DNA of 64,000 nt. It comes from Fimbriimonadales bacterium. Lineage in GTDB: Bacteria; Armatimonadota; Fimbriimonadia; Fimbriimonadales; ATM1. How positions within the stretch are numbered: position 1 is the stretch's first letter; each line of letters opens with the position of its first letter. Below are positions 48,787 to 59,056 of this stretch, piece by piece. The notes under the pieces were generated by a model, which searched no databases, had not been told where the DNA came from, and saw nothing but the letters and a program-made list of their open reading frames with translations. The translations under genes and the position numbers were made by a program. Where the stretch lies: assembly GCA_051003155.1 (NCBI GenBank), contig JBPCLO010000031.1, positions 1 to 64,000 of the forward strand, in the 5' to 3' direction.

Positions 48787-49512
48787 TTAGTTTCCCAACA
48801 TGGGATCGTCGGGGTCGACCAGGTTTAGGCGAGCCTTACCGTTAAGCAGATCGGGCCGCTGCTCAAGAGCCTCTTTAAGGACCTCTACCTTCTCCTGAAG
48901 CCTGCTCCCGTCGCCAAATTCTACGAACAGGCTCCCACTCGAGAAGGATATCCCGCCGCGGTCCCCAATTGCGAGCCTTCCGGGGAGCTTTCGGTCAATA
49001 ACTTGAAGTTTTTTCGCATATCTTACAGCTGTCCGAAAAGGGCCTGGATCGCATAACGTTAAGATATGACTTGTAACCTGTACATTATCCTCGATGGACG
49101 GCAAATTCAAACTCCGGCCAAAACTTGGAAAACTCTCACCGTCTAGATCGACCGCGTAGTTGCCACCCACAGTGGCTACCGGCTCGCGGTAGACGACCTT
49201 CAGAAACCCTCGGCCAAAGATATTGTAGTAGAATGTGGAGCGCTCCACATGGGTGTTTTCTTCCACCAGACGTTCGACTTCTGCCCGACGTATGCGCATC
49301 GCCGGTAGGGGTTCAATGCGACGGATAATTGCTTCCAACCTCTGGTGGTCTTTGGATTCGGTGGCGCTAATCCGCACCCGTTTCACTCGCGTCCACGGGC
49401 TTGCGACAAGACCGAACGAAGTTAAGATTAGAAACGAGCAGAACCAAAAAAAGGCCCAAGGGAAGGAGCCTCCATAGGCGCGCCCACCTTTACTTCTTCT
49501 TTTCGATGCCAT
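48787..49512 (-). CDS. ftsQ: Cell division protein FtsQ/DivIB-like
   Basis: Basic N-terminus, single TM helix, POTRA-like segment, REPVA; position after ddl in the dcw cluster. Confidence 0.7.
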   Translation of the reverse strand: MASKRRSKGGRAYGGSFPWAFFWFCSFLILTSFGLVASPWTRVKRVRISATESKDHQRLEAIIRRIEPLPAMRIRRAEVERLVEENTHVERSTFYYNIFGRGFLKVVYREPVATVGGNYAVDLDGESFPSFGRSLNLPSIEDNVQVTSHILTLCDPGPFRTAVRYAKKLQVIDRKLPGRLAIGDRGGISFSSGSLFVEFGDGSRLQEKVEVLKEALEQRPDLLNGKARLNLVDPDDPMLGN

Positions 49513-51760
49513 ATCGCCTCATCGCAATCGTCAGAATTCGTTCACACAACGCTTCGTATGAAATTCCAATACTAGCCGCCGAATTCGGAAGCAGCGAAGT
49601 CTGCGTCAATCCGGGCAATGTGTTGACTTCCAGAATAACAATGTCGTCACCATTTACGATCATGTCGGTACGACTAAAATCCTTCGCGCCCAGCGTCCCA
49701 TGTGCGAGTTTTGCGTATTCTTTGGCAGTTCTTGTAGCGTTTTCGCTGATTCTTGCCGGAACGATTTCCTCCGTCCCGCCTGACGTATATTTGGACTCGA
49801 AATCATAGATTCCTGATTTCGGGCAAATCTCCACTGCTGGCAACACTTCGTCACCGAGCACCGGAACACTAATTTCCACACCCAAAGCCATTTCCTCGAT
49901 TAACGCGGTTCTATCGTATTTCAGCGCCCTTTTTACCGCTGCTCCAAGCTGGCCTGGATCGGTAACGAAAGTGAGCCCGATGGTCGATCCCTGAGCGTTA
50001 GGCTTTACAACACACGGAACCGGAAAGTCCGGAATTTCTTCGCCTCGGAGTATTTCCACTCCTTTTGGAGTTGGAAGCCCTTTGGCCTCGAGCCGCCGTT
50101 TCGTCTCCGCCTTATCCATGGTTAGCGCGCTCGCGAGGATGCCGCTGCCTGTGTACGGAAGGTGCAGGAGTTCGAGAAGGCCCTGCGTCCCGCCATCCTC
50201 GGCGCCGGTACCGTGCAGAGCCAGGAAGACAATATCCGGCCTGTCCGGGCCGTTCAGATTCGATACGTCACCGCGGTTCAACAGGAGCTCAGCAGGATCG
50301 AAGGTTACGACTTGGTACTCCCTGCTCCGAAGCGCCGCCGCGACCATGCGGCCGCTGAGAATCGAAACCTCTCTTTCCGCGGAATCTCCGCCGCTCCAGA
50401 CGGCAACCCTCAGCGAATCGTCTGCCCGCCTAATTTCTTGCAAGAAATCCGGGGCGAAGCTGTCGATATTCCCGGCGCCCATTCCCACAATAACGTCATC
50501 GAGTTTAGCAATGGTAGCGATATTTCTCGGAAGCAAATGTCGCGATGAAACATAAATACTATCCACCCCAATGTTTTCGAGGCGCTCGACAATTAGTGCA
50601 GATGATATACCAGGAATCGGGTCTTCCCGCGCCGGATAAATGTCAGTGATAACGGCAATATCTGCGGCCGCAAGCGCCGGCGCAAATTCATCGAGTTGGT
50701 CCTTTGTCCTGGAATAAAGGTGCGGTTGAAAAACGGCGATAATCCGATTATTGGGGTGCGCGCCGCGAATTGCTTCCAGCGAAGCAGCTATTTCCGTCGG
50801 GTGGTGCGCATAGTCATCGTAGACGGTTATCCCGTTCAGTTCACCGATCCATTCGAGCCGGCGGACGCAACCCCGGGCAGATGCAGCGGCATCGAGGGCC
50901 CCTTGCCTCGGTATTCCGATTTTTTCGGCGACGGCCACAGCGCCCGAAGCATTGAGGGCATTGTGCTTCCCGATAATGTTCATTTCCTTGTAAAGTGCGT
51001 GATCTAAAGCATATGCCTCGCATTCGCGAATAAACGAAGCTGTTTCCCTGGCACCCTTATCTTCTCCGCAAAACATTAGCTTAGGCGATGCCGTGGCAGA
51101 ATTGATGAACTTGACAACACTATCTCGCAAATTCTCCCAAGTAGTATGATAATCGAGGTGTTCCGGCTCTAAATTGGTTAACAGCACCAATTCGGGTTTC
51201 AAATCGTGAAAGCTGTCGTAAGCTTCGCACGCTTCTACTACGGCAAAGTCGCCGCTGCCATGCCGGACATTCCCGTCGAACCCTGGTACGTCCGCCCCGA
51301 TGATTGCCAGGGGGTCCATCCCTGCGTCGGCCAGAATCTGCGCGAGGATCGCAGAAGTCGTGCTCTTTCCGTGCGAGCCGGTTACCGCTAAGACCCGGTA
51401 GCCCTCCAGCAGCATTCCCAACAGCTGCGACCGCCGGATGAATGTCAGGCTCTTCTCTCTCGCCGCCGCTATTTCCGAATTGTCGGAGAGCTGGATGGCG
51501 TCGCTTACCACTACCGCAGCGACGCCATCCACGTTTTCCGCGGAATGTCCGATGAAAACCTTCGCTCCACGCTCGCTCAGCAAGTTGAGGCTTGCCGACT
51601 CCGCAATGTCCGACCCCGTCACTTCCCTGCCTCGACTGAGCAGAATGCGCGCCAACGCGCTCATCCCCGCCCCACCAATCCCGACGAAGTGAATCCTGCC
51701 CTCGGACGGAAGCTCAGCTCCCTTCCCGAACCATTCGTCGACCTCAGATCTTAACCGCAT
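49490..51760 (-). CDS. murC-ddl: Bifunctional MurC / D-Ala-D-Ala ligase fusion
   Basis: MurC IHFVGIGGAGMS, GSHGKSTT, EACE, DDYAHHPTEI, FQPHLYSRT, continuous in frame with Ddl GGDSAEREVS, LHG..AEDG..QG, MDK, GSTIG, YDFESKY, LEVNTLPGLT. Confidence 0.93.
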   Translation of the reverse strand: MRLRSEVDEWFGKGAELPSEGRIHFVGIGGAGMSALARILLSRGREVTGSDIAESASLNLLSERGAKVFIGHSAENVDGVAAVVVSDAIQLSDNSEIAAAREKSLTFIRRSQLLGMLLEGYRVLAVTGSHGKSTTSAILAQILADAGMDPLAIIGADVPGFDGNVRHGSGDFAVVEACEAYDSFHDLKPELVLLTNLEPEHLDYHTTWENLRDSVVKFINSATASPKLMFCGEDKGARETASFIRECEAYALDHALYKEMNIIGKHNALNASGAVAVAEKIGIPRQGALDAAASARGCVRRLEWIGELNGITVYDDYAHHPTEIAASLEAIRGAHPNNRIIAVFQPHLYSRTKDQLDEFAPALAAADIAVITDIYPAREDPIPGISSALIVERLENIGVDSIYVSSRHLLPRNIATIAKLDDVIVGMGAGNIDSFAPDFLQEIRRADDSLRVAVWSGGDSAEREVSILSGRMVAAALRSREYQVVTFDPAELLLNRGDVSNLNGPDRPDIVFLALHGTGAEDGGTQGLLELLHLPYTGSGILASALTMDKAETKRRLEAKGLPTPKGVEILRGEEIPDFPVPCVVKPNAQGSTIGLTFVTDPGQLGAAVKRALKYDRTALIEEMALGVEISVPVLGDEVLPAVEICPKSGIYDFESKYTSGGTEEIVPARISENATRTAKEYAKLAHGTLGAKDFSRTDMIVNGDDIVILEVNTLPGLTQTSLLPNSAASIGISYEALCERILTIAMRRYGIEKKK

Positions 51761-52826
51761 TCGCAACCTCTTTTACCACGGACAGCACCCTCTGCGTCCC
51801 GTCCCGACGGGACCATGCTTGCAACGCGTCCGCAGCCTGTCGACGTCGCTCCGCATCGCTTCTCCAGCCTTGCCAGGCCGCTCTTAGCGATTCCGGCGTC
51901 AGATCCTTCTGAAGCAGGACCTCGCCCCCGCCGATCCCCTCGATCGCCTTGGCGTTGTGATACTGGTGATTCGCGTAGGCTTGGGGCAAAGGCACAAAAA
52001 TTGCCGGAACGCCGAATGAAGCCAATTCGGTGATCGTGCCGCAACCGGAACGAACGATCGCCAAGTCCGCCCTCTCATATGCTGCGGCGATCTCGTCGGC
52101 CTGAAGGAAAGCTCTAGCCTGGAAGTTCGGCGGCGCGCACACCCGCTCCAAAGCCTTCGCCACCTCTTCGAACAGTTTTGGTCCGGTGATCTGAAGCCAC
52201 GTTAGGTCCTGCGTGCCCACCTGGGCTGCCATGGTCAAAATGGCCTCATTCAGAGCCGCTGACCCTTGGGAGCCTCCGTAGCTCAACGTGAAAAATGTCT
52301 CGCGTCCGGCCGCGTGGCGAACGACATCGAGGAGGCCACTGCGGATCGGCATGCCGGTCACGACCGATTTCCCCGGGAAGTAGGCTTCTGCCTCGGCGAA
52401 AACAATGCAAACTTTGCGCGCGGCCCCTGCGGCCATCAAGTTCGTTCGACCCGGCACAGAGTTCTGTTCATGCAAAACGAGGGGAAGCCGCATCCATCGA
52501 GCCGCCGTAAGTACCGGACTCGCCGCGTAACCGCCCATGGATAGCACGACGTCGGGTTTCCACTTCTTCAGATCCTGGCGTACTGCAGCCGAGCTTCGCA
52601 GAATGCGATAAGCGGAGACGAGGCCCGCGGGCGATACCAACCGAGGAATCGGCGAAGATGGATATCCCGTGAACGATACGCCAGCATGCTCGCAAGCCGA
52701 CCGTTCGATGCCGCGCAGGCTTCCCAGATAGCGGACCTCCTGGCCTTCGGAAACTGCCGCTTTCGCGACCTCAAGCGCCGGATAAACGTGGCCGCCCGTG
52801 CCGCCGCCCGTCACCACTATCCTCAC
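51744..52826 (-). CDS. murG: Lipid II GlcNAc transferase MurG
   Basis: TGGGTGGHVYP, GGY, HEQN, GMPIR, GGSQG, RSG, HQYHNA. Confidence 0.95.
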   Translation of the reverse strand: MRIVVTGGGTGGHVYPALEVAKAAVSEGQEVRYLGSLRGIERSACEHAGVSFTGYPSSPIPRLVSPAGLVSAYRILRSSAAVRQDLKKWKPDVVLSMGGYAASPVLTAARWMRLPLVLHEQNSVPGRTNLMAAGAARKVCIVFAEAEAYFPGKSVVTGMPIRSGLLDVVRHAAGRETFFTLSYGGSQGSAALNEAILTMAAQVGTQDLTWLQITGPKLFEEVAKALERVCAPPNFQARAFLQADEIAAAYERADLAIVRSGCGTITELASFGVPAIFVPLPQAYANHQYHNAKAIEGIGGGEVLLQKDLTPESLRAAWQGWRSDAERRRQAADALQAWSRRDGTQRVLSVVKEVANAVKI

Positions 52827-53991
52827 GCGCAGCCTCCGAGATCCGTCGCGCTGACATGGCCGAACGGCATGCACCTAGCGCTATCCCGAGTGCCAGCAAA
52901 CTGCTGTTGCCGTAGCTGAAAAAAGGCAGCGGGATGCCAACAGTCGGTATTGCGGACCCCGCGACCAGTAAATTGAAAATCCCCTGGCTTCCTATCCACC
53001 AACCTGTTCCTTGTAAGATAAGTCTTCCAAAAGAATCCTTGACAAATGTGGCCAAGTACATCAGGCGGAAAGTAATCCCGCTCAGAAGGAGAATGACAGT
53101 AAACGAGCCGATTATTCCAAATTCCTCGAATATTGTTACACATATGAAGTCTGTTGTTGCCGCAGGTAACACGTGCTTGGCCATGCCCTTACCGACGCCC
53201 ACGCCGAGGGGACCACCGACCGCCATCGCTTTCTCGGCTACCGTCGTTTGGAAACCCGGACCGTCTACGATCCCCGGTTGCCAGCGGTTCGCGTGATTCG
53301 CGATTCGCTCGACCCGGTAGCCCTTCGACAGCGCCAAGTAACTGATGCCGGCGATCGCCAGGCAGACAAAGACGCTGAGAATCCTAATGTTGTACTTGCC
53401 GTACAGATTCCTTCCAAGGCCGAATAGCAACATCCCGAACGCGATCATGAGGACGACCAGTGCCGTACCGAGGTCTGGCTCGAGCTCGACCAATACGAAG
53501 CTGATCGTGACGATAAAGATCGGCCAAATGCGCGGAACGACGTTATCGAGCCACGCGACAAAACCGCGTCGCCTGATTTCCGGCAGCTTTCTGCAAGCCC
53601 AAAGCGCAAGAAACACAACCGTAGCCGGTTTTAACAATTCTGCCGGCTGGAAGCCAAGCGCCTCGCCACCCAGCCTTCGGCGAGCTCCCCAAGCCACCTG
53701 GCCGAGGCCCGGGACCAAGACCAAGATGCATGCCAGAAGGATAATCCAGTAAAACCACGGGGTTATCCGTTTAAGCTTACCGATGGAAATGCCTGAGACG
53801 ACAAAATACGCGATTCCACCGATCAACAGCCCTACGCAATGCTTGACAAACTCCATCGGAAAGGCGCCCTGGCCCTTCATCATCCCAGCCGCAAACGCCG
53901 CATCCCAGACCGCGCCTGCTCCCAAAAATGCCACCAAGACCGTTAGGATGGTCAACAGCGGGTCAATTCCATTCTTTGTATAGGGCGTCAA
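52771..53991 (-). CDS. ftsW: SEDS peptidoglycan glycosyltransferase FtsW
   Basis: GARRR, FQPAELLK, EPDLGT, TDFI, EEFG, GIPLPFFSYGNSS; TTG start with GGAGG RBS. Confidence 0.92.
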   Translation of the reverse strand: MTPYTKNGIDPLLTILTVLVAFLGAGAVWDAAFAAGMMKGQGAFPMEFVKHCVGLLIGGIAYFVVSGISIGKLKRITPWFYWIILLACILVLVPGLGQVAWGARRRLGGEALGFQPAELLKPATVVFLALWACRKLPEIRRRGFVAWLDNVVPRIWPIFIVTISFVLVELEPDLGTALVVLMIAFGMLLFGLGRNLYGKYNIRILSVFVCLAIAGISYLALSKGYRVERIANHANRWQPGIVDGPGFQTTVAEKAMAVGGPLGVGVGKGMAKHVLPAATTDFICVTIFEEFGIIGSFTVILLLSGITFRLMYLATFVKDSFGRLILQGTGWWIGSQGIFNLLVAGSAIPTVGIPLPFFSYGNSSLLALGIALGACRSAMSARRISEAAREDSGDGRRHGRPRLSGA

Positions 53992-55358
53992 TTCGCGCTC
54001 CCTCCGATACACTCACGGACGATGCTTCGGAAGCGTTCGCCTCTCGCGATGAAATCGTCGAACTGATCGAAGCTTTTGCATCCGGGCGAAAGAATAATCG
54101 TATCACCGGGAAGCGAGGCCGAAATAGCGACTGAAAATGCTTGGGCGAGGTCTTCAACGACTTCGACCTGCACAGCCTTGTCGGACAACGTTGTGGCGAG
54201 ACGCTCGCCGTCTCGCCCGAACAGGATGGCCGCTCGCAGGCGCGATCCGTCGATCCGTTCGAGTGGCGCAAGGTCTTCCGCTTGCAAGACGCCACCCGCC
54301 AAAACGATCATCGGCGCGGGGCAAGCTTCGATCGACGAACGAAGAGCCTCAGGGTTCGTACACATGCTGTTGTTGATAAATCTCCGGCCGTCCCTTGCAC
54401 CGAGAAATTCCATCCGATTCGCTATACCTTTGAACGACTTGATAGCTGCCGGAGCGGACTCGGCATCCGCGCCTTGCGAGCTCGCGAGGAGCCAAGCTGC
54501 CGCGGCGTTCTCGAGGTTATGCCGGGCCCCGGCCCAAAGCTCCTCGCTTCGGATTTCGACACCGGTGCTTGCCATGATCGCATGGTCGGAATCTATAACG
54601 ACGTCGCAGCCGGCCCCGCCCAACGTATGCCTTCGCGCCCGGAGCCCCTCGTCGAAGGTCTCTTGGTGAAAAGTGTTGATAACCGCGACGTCTTCGAACG
54701 TTTGGTTGGAATAGACTCGCTTCTTCATCGTGGCATACTCAGAAAAGCTCCCGTATCGGTCTAGGTGATCCTCAGAAATGTTCGTGATGGTGCAGGCGTG
54801 TGGACGGAATGCATCGATCCACTCGAGCTGAAACGAGGAAACCTCGGAAACCAGAATGTCGGACTCCATCGCGCTCGACGCTGCGGTGGCGATGGGAGTC
54901 TCTGGAAAGCCTGACCCGGCGATGTTCCCGCACAAGATCGCGCTCTTCCCAGCCTGACGCAATACGTGATAGGTCAGAGCCGTGACGGTGCTCTTGCCGT
55001 TGGTCCCGGTGATGGCAACAATGGGTGCCTTCGACAGTCTGTAGGCGACCTCGATCTCGCTCCAAACCGGGACGCCCCGCTTGGTTGCGTCGTTCAACGC
55101 CGGATGGGTCCGAGGCACTCCAGGTGATGGCACGATCAGGTCAACGGACGGCCATTCCACATTGCCCGACCAGCTGGTCACGATGTCGATACCGCGTCCC
55201 GAGAGCTTGTCCATCTGCTCGATCATGCTCAACGAGTCGGCGGGCTTTTCGTCCACGACCGTTACAGCAGCGCCCGACTTCGCCAGCGCGACCGAGAGCG
55301 ATGTCCCGGCACGTGCCAGCCCTATGACGATAATCTTCATTCCGCAGAAGTTCATCAT
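53988..55358 (-). CDS. murD: UDP-MurNAc-L-Ala--D-Glu ligase
   Basis: SPGVP, ITGTNGKST, GNI, EVSSFQL, EDHLDRY, LSPGCKSFDQF...RGERF. Confidence 0.95.
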   Translation of the reverse strand: MMNFCGMKIIVIGLARAGTSLSVALAKSGAAVTVVDEKPADSLSMIEQMDKLSGRGIDIVTSWSGNVEWPSVDLIVPSPGVPRTHPALNDATKRGVPVWSEIEVAYRLSKAPIVAITGTNGKSTVTALTYHVLRQAGKSAILCGNIAGSGFPETPIATAASSAMESDILVSEVSSFQLEWIDAFRPHACTITNISEDHLDRYGSFSEYATMKKRVYSNQTFEDVAVINTFHQETFDEGLRARRHTLGGAGCDVVIDSDHAIMASTGVEIRSEELWAGARHNLENAAAAWLLASSQGADAESAPAAIKSFKGIANRMEFLGARDGRRFINNSMCTNPEALRSSIEACPAPMIVLAGGVLQAEDLAPLERIDGSRLRAAILFGRDGERLATTLSDKAVQVEVVEDLAQAFSVAISASLPGDTIILSPGCKSFDQFDDFIARGERFRSIVRECIGGSAN

Positions 55359-56248
55359 GCGTAAATCACCGTCAGCGCGGCTGCGCTTAGCACAACTTGC
55401 GCAAGAGCGAACGACCAAACCACTCGCGACTCAGGCCAGCCGATCCTCTCAAAGCCGTGGTGGATCGGAGTCGCCGGAAAGACGCGTCGCTTAATCGTCT
55501 TGACAGCAAGAATCTGGATTGGGACGAGCGCCAGTTCGATAATGAAGACAAGGGAGGCGGCCCACGGCCAAACTGATGTTTGCCACGGCGATGCCGAGAA
55601 CAGGAGGCCAAAGAGGGAGCCGAGAGCTAGAGAGCCTACGTCCCCCATAAACACTTTAGCTGGCGGCGCGTTGAGGAAAAGGAATGGGATAGCTGCTCCC
55701 ATTGCCGCGAAGGCCATTGCCACATTGAGCGCATTGCTTACCGTCAAGAAATAGACGCCGAACGGCAGGAGGGCGACCAGGATCAGCGTGCCTGCGAGAG
55801 CGTCGAGGCCATCACTGAAATTTACAGCATTTGCAAAAAAAACTACAAAAAAACCTGTCATCAGCGCCCCTATCGAACCGCCCGCCACGAGCAAGAAGAT
55901 GGCCATCACGCCGAACTCCATTACCAGCTTCGGCACCCAGCCAAGGCCTCGCTTAGATGTCGCTCGCGGTACAACAAAGTCGTCGACAAAGCCGATGGCA
56001 GCGAAACCGAGGATCACGAAGATGGCAGCAAATCCCGAAGCACTGAACGCGAGCTCCACAACGAGCGCAACGACAATGAAGATACCCCCCATGTTCGGCG
56101 TTCCTGACTTCGCCATATGCTCCTCCGGCACATACGGGCTAATGATGCTGGAAACGCCGATCCGGCGAAGGAGCACTAGTGTCGGCCATGCCAACACGGA
56201 CGCAACCGCAAGACTCGACCAAAACGACTGAGCTGCAAAATTAAGCAC
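55355..56248 (-). CDS. mraY: Phospho-MurNAc-pentapeptide transferase
   Basis: KSGTPNMGG, GFVDD, NAVNFSDGLDAL, NAPPAKVFMGDVGS, PIHHGFE. Confidence 0.93.
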   Translation of the reverse strand: MLNFAAQSFWSSLAVASVLAWPTLVLLRRIGVSSIISPYVPEEHMAKSGTPNMGGIFIVVALVVELAFSASGFAAIFVILGFAAIGFVDDFVVPRATSKRGLGWVPKLVMEFGVMAIFLLVAGGSIGALMTGFFVVFFANAVNFSDGLDALAGTLILVALLPFGVYFLTVSNALNVAMAFAAMGAAIPFLFLNAPPAKVFMGDVGSLALGSLFGLLFSASPWQTSVWPWAASLVFIIELALVPIQILAVKTIKRRVFPATPIHHGFERIGWPESRVVWSFALAQVVLSAAALTVIYA

Positions 56249-57599
56249 CCGACTTGACCCCGGCTGCCCCGAGGGTCTTTTCCAGAGCCATTCCCCGCGA
56301 GCCCTTAACCAACACGACATCGCCCGGCTCGAGGCGAGCGAATACCCTCGCTGCCTCCTCGGCAGACCCGTATAGATCCAATCGACCATCGAATCCCTGT
56401 TCTACCGCCTCGTCGCGAATCCAATGAACCGCCCGGCCCACCAACGACAGGCGGTCCAGCTTCAAACGCGCTGCCTCAGCTCCAATCCTACGATGAGCCT
56501 CCTCCGCGTAATCGCCAAGTTCGAGCATGTCGCCGAGGATTGCGATCCGCTGCCCCGTGCCTGGTGCTAGCGCCAGATTGCGAAGTGCTTCCACACAAGA
56601 TTCTGGACTAGAATTATACACATCGATCAACACCGTCGCGCCGTTGAACTCGACCGCCTTCATTCGAGGACCGGGGATCTCGGCTCGCGACATCGAATCC
56701 ATTGCCTCACTCAACCGCAGATCAAGGCCGAGGCAAACGGCCATAGCCGCGGCTGTATTCAGCGCCTGCTGAGACCCTAGTCCCGGGACCGAGCCGCTAA
56801 GCCGCTCTCCCCTCGCTTCCAAAAGAACCTCAGTCCGATTCTCAGAAAAGTCGCTGCGCGAATCAAATACCGAAACGTCGCCGCCTTCTCCAAAAGTTAC
56901 CACCGGGCACCGAGCGGCTTTGCGCAACAAATCTGAAAACTCTCCACGGGACGGGATAACCGCAAGGCCACCATCCGGTACTGCCCGCAGCAATTCCGAC
57001 TTTGCCTCGGCGATGGCCCGAGTACTCCCGAGTTCGCCGACATGCGACGTTCCGAGCGATGTTATGACGCCAACGGTCGGCTTACTGAACGATGCGAGGT
57101 GTGCGATTTGTCCGCGGCCCCGCATACCCATTTCCAGGACTACGAACTTGTGCTGTTCTTGTAACCTCATCCAGGTCATTGGCAGCCCATACTCGGTGTT
57201 TTGGTTTCCGAACGACTTCAAAACCGGGCCGGCCGAGGACAGCGCCGCCGAGATCAGCTCCTTCACCGTAGTCTTTCCCACGCTGCCCGTTACAGCAACG
57301 ACGACCCCTTCAAATCTGTCGCGAATATATGTAGCTATAGAGGCTAAAGCTGTTGAAATATCGTCGACAACAAGCTTCGGTACCGGGCTCTCGACGTGCC
57401 TAGACACAAGCGTCGCGACGGCTCCCCTTTCGGCCGCGTACCGGATAAAGTCGTGCCCGTCCGCAGCCTCACCGACAACTGCGCAAAATAGATCTCCAGG
57501 ACTCGCGGTACGGCTGTCCACCGATATCCCATTGACTTCCACATCGACATCATCATCGAGAGACGCACCGAGCACGGAAGCGATATGGCTCAAGCGCAT
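56241..57599 (-). CDS. murF: UDP-MurNAc-tripeptide--D-Ala-D-Ala ligase
   Basis: DSR, DGHDF, TGSVGKTTVKE, LEMGM, D.YNSSP, LGDMLELG, KGSRG. Confidence 0.95.
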   Translation of the reverse strand: MRLSHIASVLGASLDDDVDVEVNGISVDSRTASPGDLFCAVVGEAADGHDFIRYAAERGAVATLVSRHVESPVPKLVVDDISTALASIATYIRDRFEGVVVAVTGSVGKTTVKELISAALSSAGPVLKSFGNQNTEYGLPMTWMRLQEQHKFVVLEMGMRGRGQIAHLASFSKPTVGVITSLGTSHVGELGSTRAIAEAKSELLRAVPDGGLAVIPSRGEFSDLLRKAARCPVVTFGEGGDVSVFDSRSDFSENRTEVLLEARGERLSGSVPGLGSQQALNTAAAMAVCLGLDLRLSEAMDSMSRAEIPGPRMKAVEFNGATVLIDVYNSSPESCVEALRNLALAPGTGQRIAILGDMLELGDYAEEAHRRIGAEAARLKLDRLSLVGRAVHWIRDEAVEQGFDGRLDLYGSAEEAARVFARLEPGDVVLVKGSRGMALEKTLGAAGVKSGA

Positions 57600-59056
57600 A
57601 CGGACCTCTCCGCTATCGCTTCAGCCGCGACCTCCCGATCGTCGAAATGGATCTTGGACGTCCCAAGAATCTGGTAATCCTCGTGGCCCTTTCCGGCGAT
57701 CACAACCACGTCCCCCGAAGACGCTTCGGCAATTGCGGACCGAATAGCAGACTTGCGGTCGGCGTCGACCGTGGCCTGGACTTTAACGCTGGGCATGATG
57801 TCCGCTATAATCGCAACTGGGTCCTCCGTCCGAGGGTTGTCGCTGGTTACGAACACGACATCGGAGAGCGCCGACGCTGTAGCTCCCATCTTCGGCCGTT
57901 TCGTGCGATCCCTGTCGCCTCCACAGCCGAAAACGGACACCACGCGCCCCGATGTAAGCTCACGAACGGATTGCAACAGCTTCTCGAGAGCTTCCGGAGT
58001 GTGCGCGTAGTCGACGATGACATTAAAGTCGCTCCCGGTCGGTACGGACTCGAACCTTCCCGGCGCCGCCTGCACTCCGCTCATTTCCCGAACGATATTT
58101 GCGGGTTCATGCCCGAGTGCGATGGCGGCCGCGACAGCGCCAAGGCAGTTCGAAACGTTGAACTTGCTCCCGATAGGCACATCAGCGAAAAACTGCCGGC
58201 TTGTGTACTCGAACGAGAACTGCAGCCTGTCCAGCCAAACCTCTGATGCCACAAGGCGCACATCGGCATCGACCGAGCCAAAGGAGAGGCTGCGGCTGCT
58301 CTCCGCATCTAACATCGCGCCGTGCTCATCGTCGACGTTCGCGACCGTAACGATCGATTTCGTTGTGGGAAGATCTCCGAAAAGACGCCTCTTCGCCTGA
58401 AAATACTGCGCCATGTCCGGATGGAAATCCAGATGGTCCTGGCTCAAATTGGTAAATACGCCGACATCGAACTCGATGCCCTCGACCCGCTTCTGCGCCA
58501 ATGCGTGCGATGAAACCTCCATGACGACCGCGTTTGCTCCGAGGGCAACGAACTCAGCTAACAGCCGGTTAATTTCGGGAGCGAAGGGCGTCGTTAGGTC
58601 GGTGTTGATCGAAATGCCATCAATGGTTGCGCCGAGGGTTCCGACATACGCGCTTTTCACCCCCAACCCGACAAGAACTTGGTTGAGAATCCACGCGACG
58701 GTGGTCTTCCCGTTCGTCCCGGTTACTCCGACCATCTTGAGTTGCTTGCTTGGGTCGCCGTACAGCCGCTTCGCCAGCCTCCAGGTAGCTTCCGCGGCAT
58801 CTTGGACGAGCGCGCCGGCAATCCCTAAATGGCGAAGGCGCGCATAAGCTTGGGGATCGGTGACAACCGCGCCCTCGGCGCCCGCGGCCAGCGCCTGTGG
58901 GATGAATTGATGCCCGTCGACTCTCGTACCAGGCATACAAAGGAAAAGCGAGCCGGTCGAGGCTCGCCGTGAATCGAGTTCCAAGGAACCGATCTCAGCA
59001 TCGCCGGTGTGCTCAATTATCCCCGGCACGTCGAGCACAAGGTCAACGAACTGCAA
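57590..59056 (-). CDS. murE: UDP-MurNAc-dipeptide--meso-DAP ligase
   Basis: GTNGKTT, MEVSSH, NLSQDHLDFH, VDYAHTP, GCGGDRD, DNPR (DAP-type motif), AGKGHEDYQ. Confidence 0.95.
   Translation of the reverse strand: MQFVDLVLDVPGIIEHTGDAEIGSLELDSRRASTGSLFLCMPGTRVDGHQFIPQALAAGAEGAVVTDPQAYARLRHLGIAGALVQDAAEATWRLAKRLYGDPSKQLKMVGVTGTNGKTTVAWILNQVLVGLGVKSAYVGTLGATIDGISINTDLTTPFAPEINRLLAEFVALGANAVVMEVSSHALAQKRVEGIEFDVGVFTNLSQDHLDFHPDMAQYFQAKRRLFGDLPTTKSIVTVANVDDEHGAMLDAESSRSLSFGSVDADVRLVASEVWLDRLQFSFEYTSRQFFADVPIGSKFNVSNCLGAVAAAIALGHEPANIVREMSGVQAAPGRFESVPTGSDFNVIVDYAHTPEALEKLLQSVRELTSGRVVSVFGCGGDRDRTKRPKMGATASALSDVVFVTSDNPRTEDPVAIIADIMPSVKVQATVDADRKSAIRSAIAEASSGDVVVIAGKGHEDYQILGTSKIHFDDREVAAEAIAERSVCA

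Noticed and set aside
49490..50420. Van-type D-Ala-D-Lac ligase
   Set aside because: The omega-loop reads YDFESKY with the Tyr typical of D-Ala-D-Ala ligases, and the gene sits in the dcw cluster
49500..51200. AT-richer patches within core genes (murC-ddl, metG, folE) as signs of foreign DNA
   Set aside because: They lie inside continuous conserved reading frames with no mobility signatures; not supportable without computation
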